Shown here one piece after another: positions 60,583 to 64,000 of a DNA stretch of 64,000 nucleotides. The notes below the pieces were generated by a model. It did not search any database and was not told where the DNA came from. It saw only the letters and a program-made list of their open reading frames with translations. The DNA lies in IMG/VR virus record IMGVR_UViG_3300001598_001658, positions 1 through 64,000 of that record. One strand, written 5' to 3'. The DNA is from a virus (lineage: Duplodnaviria; Caudoviricetes). A program made the translations under genes and the position numbers. The stretch's first letter is position 1; every line of letters starts with the position of its first letter.

Positions 60583-62658
60583 ATGAATGAAGCAAAAATA
60601 ACAAAACCCGTTGTTATGGAAATCAATACTGCTGATTTCACTAGAAAAGACAAATTAAAAGGTGAAGTTCAAACGTATGGACAAAAAGCTTATTCGAAAC
60701 TTTATGATTCTTTATGGAATTATATTTTCTTAGATTATAAAAGAAAAGATAATTTAATAAAAGTTGTGAGTATAAACGAAGCGAATGAACCAGTGTATGC
60801 GCATATGACTGCTGCAGAACTTTTGATTCATCTTATCTTTTGGAAACCATATGTAATTTACTCAAAATGTCTTAAGAGGAAAGTCGTTATCAAATCTGAT
60901 ACATTCTATAATCTTGAGAATTTTGATAAAAAGAAAATTACAAAAATTCTTAAAGATTTAGTGAAAGAGTTTTTACCAGATGCTGAAAATCGTCCAAATG
61001 GTATTAATGAACTTTCATATAATGTATCTTTAACAATTGATGATTTCTGTGAACTTATGAATTCTTATTGTGCAATTGCATCAAATACAATTTCACTTTA
61101 TGATATTCATCAGTTGGAAAAAAGAAGCCCTGAATTTGCTGATTGTTTGAATACACAGCTCGATGAATCTTTACCAACAAAGACAATTGAACAACAGTTG
61201 AAAAAAGGTGAAAGAAAAACAATTAAAGCTATTCTTGATGATAACAAATCATCTTTGGTAAATTATATTAAAGGTGGTCGTTTGACATCAGATCAGTTTA
61301 CACAAATGTTTTATGCAGTAGGTCCTCGTACTGATGTAGATAAAACAATTCTTCCGAAATTGATTAAAGGAAACTTCTTGAAAGGATATCAGTGTCCATC
61401 AGACGCATATATGGATGCTATTACAGGACGCGATGCTCAGATTCTTAAACACATTACGGTTCGCGATTCTGGTTATCTTTCGAGAAAAATTAATCTTTCT
61501 AATCTTAATACAAAGATCAATTATGCAATTGATGACTGTCACACACAACATACAGTTGCATATTATGTAGAAACAGAAGATCATCTTCAGTCTATTGATC
61601 TTAAATACATTGTAAAAGATAATGGAAAATTGTATCTTGTGCATGCAAGCAAAGATAAGGATCTTATTGGAAAAGTAGTACAACTGAGATCTCATATCGT
61701 ATGTGCGCTTCCTGAAGGCGAAGTGTGTATGACCTGTTTTGGAGAAAAAGCAAAACGATTAGCCGGAACAAACATCGGTGGACTCCCTGCTATCAAATTC
61801 GCAAACCCTATTTCCAAACGTTTGATGCGCGCTAAGCACTTTACTACTACTAACTCTGTTGATGTAAAATCTGAATACATGAGCAAATACTTTAATATTG
61901 AATCTAGTAAACTTTATTTCAAACCTGAAATGAAGAATAAAGAAGTCTTTGTTTGTGTTGATCGTGATATTATCGAAGATATTATGTCTGGAGCTACAGA
62001 TACAGAAGATGAATCGGTCGACTCTTCAACACCAATTGAATCAATTACAATTATGGATGGTGAAGAAAGATATACTATTGAATGTGAAGGTTTGTTCTTA
62101 GTTTTAACAAGTGAAATTTTGAATGAATCGAGCAAGTTTATTATGGAATATGATTCTGAAGAGGCATTAATTCCTGTAACTAAATTTGATAACGATACGC
62201 CTTTCTTCAATATGATTATTGTATCAGAAGCGGTTCAGCTTTATTTGAAACAAATCAAACGTATTATTGACTCATCTAAAACAAAAACATATTCAACTCC
62301 ATCTGCATTTATGAAAGATATTTCTGATGTTTTGATTGATATGGGTATTGCTGGTACATCTATTATTAACATCGAAACACTTATCTATCAGTTGGTGAGA
62401 AAACCGGATAAATTGTATGAAAGACCTGATTTCACAAAGCCAGATCCTGAAATCACAATTCTCCCTATTTCATCATCGATTCAGAATTCTGATATTTATA
62501 CAGCATTCGGATTTGAAAAACTTAAGCAACAGGTAACAAATGTTGATTCATTTATGAAGAAAGGAACTGGAATCTATGATCCTTTATTTAAAGTAAATAA
62601 ACCAAAGCATCTTATTCCTGTTGATAAAGAAACAATTGCTAAGGCTTTAGAAAAATAA
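60583..62658 (+). CDS. Phage RNA polymerase beta' C-terminal subunit (probably non-virion RNAP)
   Basis: GNFLKG, bridge-helix-like GRDAQILKHITVRDSGYLSRK, DDCHT, LRSHIVC...VCMTCFG, LMRAKH. Confidence 0.88.
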   Translation: MNEAKITKPVVMEINTADFTRKDKLKGEVQTYGQKAYSKLYDSLWNYIFLDYKRKDNLIKVVSINEANEPVYAHMTAAELLIHLIFWKPYVIYSKCLKRKVVIKSDTFYNLENFDKKKITKILKDLVKEFLPDAENRPNGINELSYNVSLTIDDFCELMNSYCAIASNTISLYDIHQLEKRSPEFADCLNTQLDESLPTKTIEQQLKKGERKTIKAILDDNKSSLVNYIKGGRLTSDQFTQMFYAVGPRTDVDKTILPKLIKGNFLKGYQCPSDAYMDAITGRDAQILKHITVRDSGYLSRKINLSNLNTKINYAIDDCHTQHTVAYYVETEDHLQSIDLKYIVKDNGKLYLVHASKDKDLIGKVVQLRSHIVCALPEGEVCMTCFGEKAKRLAGTNIGGLPAIKFANPISKRLMRAKHFTTTNSVDVKSEYMSKYFNIESSKLYFKPEMKNKEVFVCVDRDIIEDIMSGATDTEDESVDSSTPIESITIMDGEERYTIECEGLFLVLTSEILNESSKFIMEYDSEEALIPVTKFDNDTPFFNMIIVSEAVQLYLKQIKRIIDSSKTKTYSTPSAFMKDISDVLIDMGIAGTSIINIETLIYQLVRKPDKLYERPDFTKPDPEITILPISSSIQNSDIYTAFGFEKLKQQVTNVDSFMKKGTGIYDPLFKVNKPKHLIPVDKETIAKALEK

Positions 62659-62674
62659 AAAATGAGGTATTAAA

Positions 62675-64000
62675 TTGGAACGAAAATTATATGTATATAA
62701 AAGTAGAATCGATTTAGTACCTTATTCTTTAGGAGAATCTTTAACATTAGAAAAAAAATTATCTTTGTATGACTATATTAATCATCAGATGAGTATGGTA
62801 TTATACAAATATGATCCTGATTCAAAAACTTTAAGTATTCCAAAAGGTTTTTCTGTAAATGAGATTTTAAATAATCTTGCAACAGATACAATTGTCGAAA
62901 TTAAAGTTGTTGATAAAACATCAGAAACAATAAAAGGTAGAGATATTAAAATTGATATGAAACCTGGAATTGGGGCTCGAGATGAACATCAAGTAAATTC
63001 TATTTCATTCTTGATTGATAAAAAGGATGATAATCAGAAATTTCTTAATATAGATACTGGATATGGAAAAACATTCTGTTCTACAAAAGCCATATCTGTA
63101 TTAGGAAAAGCAACGATGATTGTTATGGCTAACAGTAATCTGATGAAACAATGGACGGAAGCTCTTAAAGAATATACTAAAATAAAACCTGAAGAAATCT
63201 GTTATATTTCAGGAAGGGATACTGTTGAAAAAGCTATAAAAGCTAAAGAAAAAGCATTAGTATACATTTGTTCAACACAAACAATGTCTATTCTTTCAAC
63301 CGAAAATAAACTTCAAGAGTTTGTAGAAGAATGTGGAATAGGAATTAAAATAATTGATGAAGCTCATGAAATGATGAGTGCAGTTGCGTTAATTGATTGT
63401 GGTTGTAATGTGTATTATAACTTTTATTTGACAGCGACACCTGAAAGATCGGATACTCGCGAAGCAATACTTTATAATAGAATTACAAGAACGTTTAGTA
63501 AATTTGGTGGTTACACTGCAAACTTAGTACAATATGTACATGTAAAAAATGTATTTATTAATACTTATCCTACACCATGGCACAAACGTATTTGTAATAC
63601 TAAACAAGGATTCTCAGCAGTTTTATATGAAAAATACATTTTCAAAAATGATAGAAAAAAGACATTTATGTATTTAATTTGCAAATACGTGTGTTCAAAA
63701 ATTCTTAATAGTGACCCTGATGCAAAAATCTTAATTGTATTTAGTATAAGGGAAAATATAAATGAAATTGCTAGATTGTTTGAATATAATGATGGTATTG
63801 ATTGTGGTATCTTTACAAATGATACTAAAGCTGAATTGAAAAAGAAAGAACTTAATAAAAATATCATCCTCAGTACTCTTAAAAGTTCCGGGGCCGGTAT
63901 GGATATTAAAGGTCTTCGGTGTATTATAAACTTTGTTCCATTCAAGAGTACTGTTTTGTTACATCAGCTTATAGGTCGTTTAAGATATATGCCAGGCAAA
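62675..64000 (+). CDS. Superfamily 2 helicase (runs off the window; absent from the ORF track)
   Basis: GAGG RBS and TTG 62675; motifs DTGYGKT, IIDEAH, LTATPERSD, QLIGRLR. Confidence 0.88.
   Translation, partial: MERKLYVYKSRIDLVPYSLGESLTLEKKLSLYDYINHQMSMVLYKYDPDSKTLSIPKGFSVNEILNNLATDTIVEIKVVDKTSETIKGRDIKIDMKPGIGARDEHQVNSISFLIDKKDDNQKFLNIDTGYGKTFCSTKAISVLGKATMIVMANSNLMKQWTEALKEYTKIKPEEICYISGRDTVEKAIKAKEKALVYICSTQTMSILSTENKLQEFVEECGIGIKIIDEAHEMMSAVALIDCGCNVYYNFYLTATPERSDTREAILYNRITRTFSKFGGYTANLVQYVHVKNVFINTYPTPWHKRICNTKQGFSAVLYEKYIFKNDRKKTFMYLICKYVCSKILNSDPDAKILIVFSIRENINEIARLFEYNDGIDCGIFTNDTKAELKKKELNKNIILSTLKSSGAGMDIKGLRCIINFVPFKSTVLLHQLIGRLRYMPGK

Noticed and set aside
1-64000. Stop-codon reassignment or uracil-substituted DNA
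   Set aside because: Long conserved genes are intact in code 11 and end in TAA/TAG/TGA. Canonical thyA, DHFR and tmk argue for thymine DNA.
1-64000. CRISPR array, transposon, intein or self-splicing intron in the RNAP, PolB or NrdD genes
   Set aside because: No repeat-spacer array or transposase seen; these ORFs are continuous and I saw no intein terminal motifs

Overview
AT-rich, gene-dense segment of a jumbo phage of the AR9/PBS1/phiKZ-like type, read in the standard genetic code. It carries split subunits of two multi-subunit RNA polymerases (two DFDGD-bearing beta' N-halves, two beta C-parts, one beta' C-half), a phiKZ-type PolB C-terminal part, a RecA/UvsX-like recombinase, an SF2 helicase, a portal, a GroEL-like chaperonin and virion proteins. 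It also encodes an anaerobic dTTP pathway (nrdD/nrdG, dCMP deaminase, thyA, DHFR, tmk), three tandem GT2 glycosyltransferases, an M15 endolysin and an exported nuclease. Highlights missed by the ORF track: (1) a ~870-nt highly structured RNA (GOLLD/ROOL-like) between two divergent RNAP genes; (2) an RNA cluster at 33.9-34.8 kb with an unassigned ~260-nt pseudoknotted RNA, C-rich-loop hairpins, tRNA-Asn and tRNA-Lys; (3) a likely programmed -1 frameshift in a large tail-chaperone-like gene; (4) two phage promoter classes that separate the virion from the non-virion RNAP genes. All family calls come from motif recognition by eye; no searches were run.
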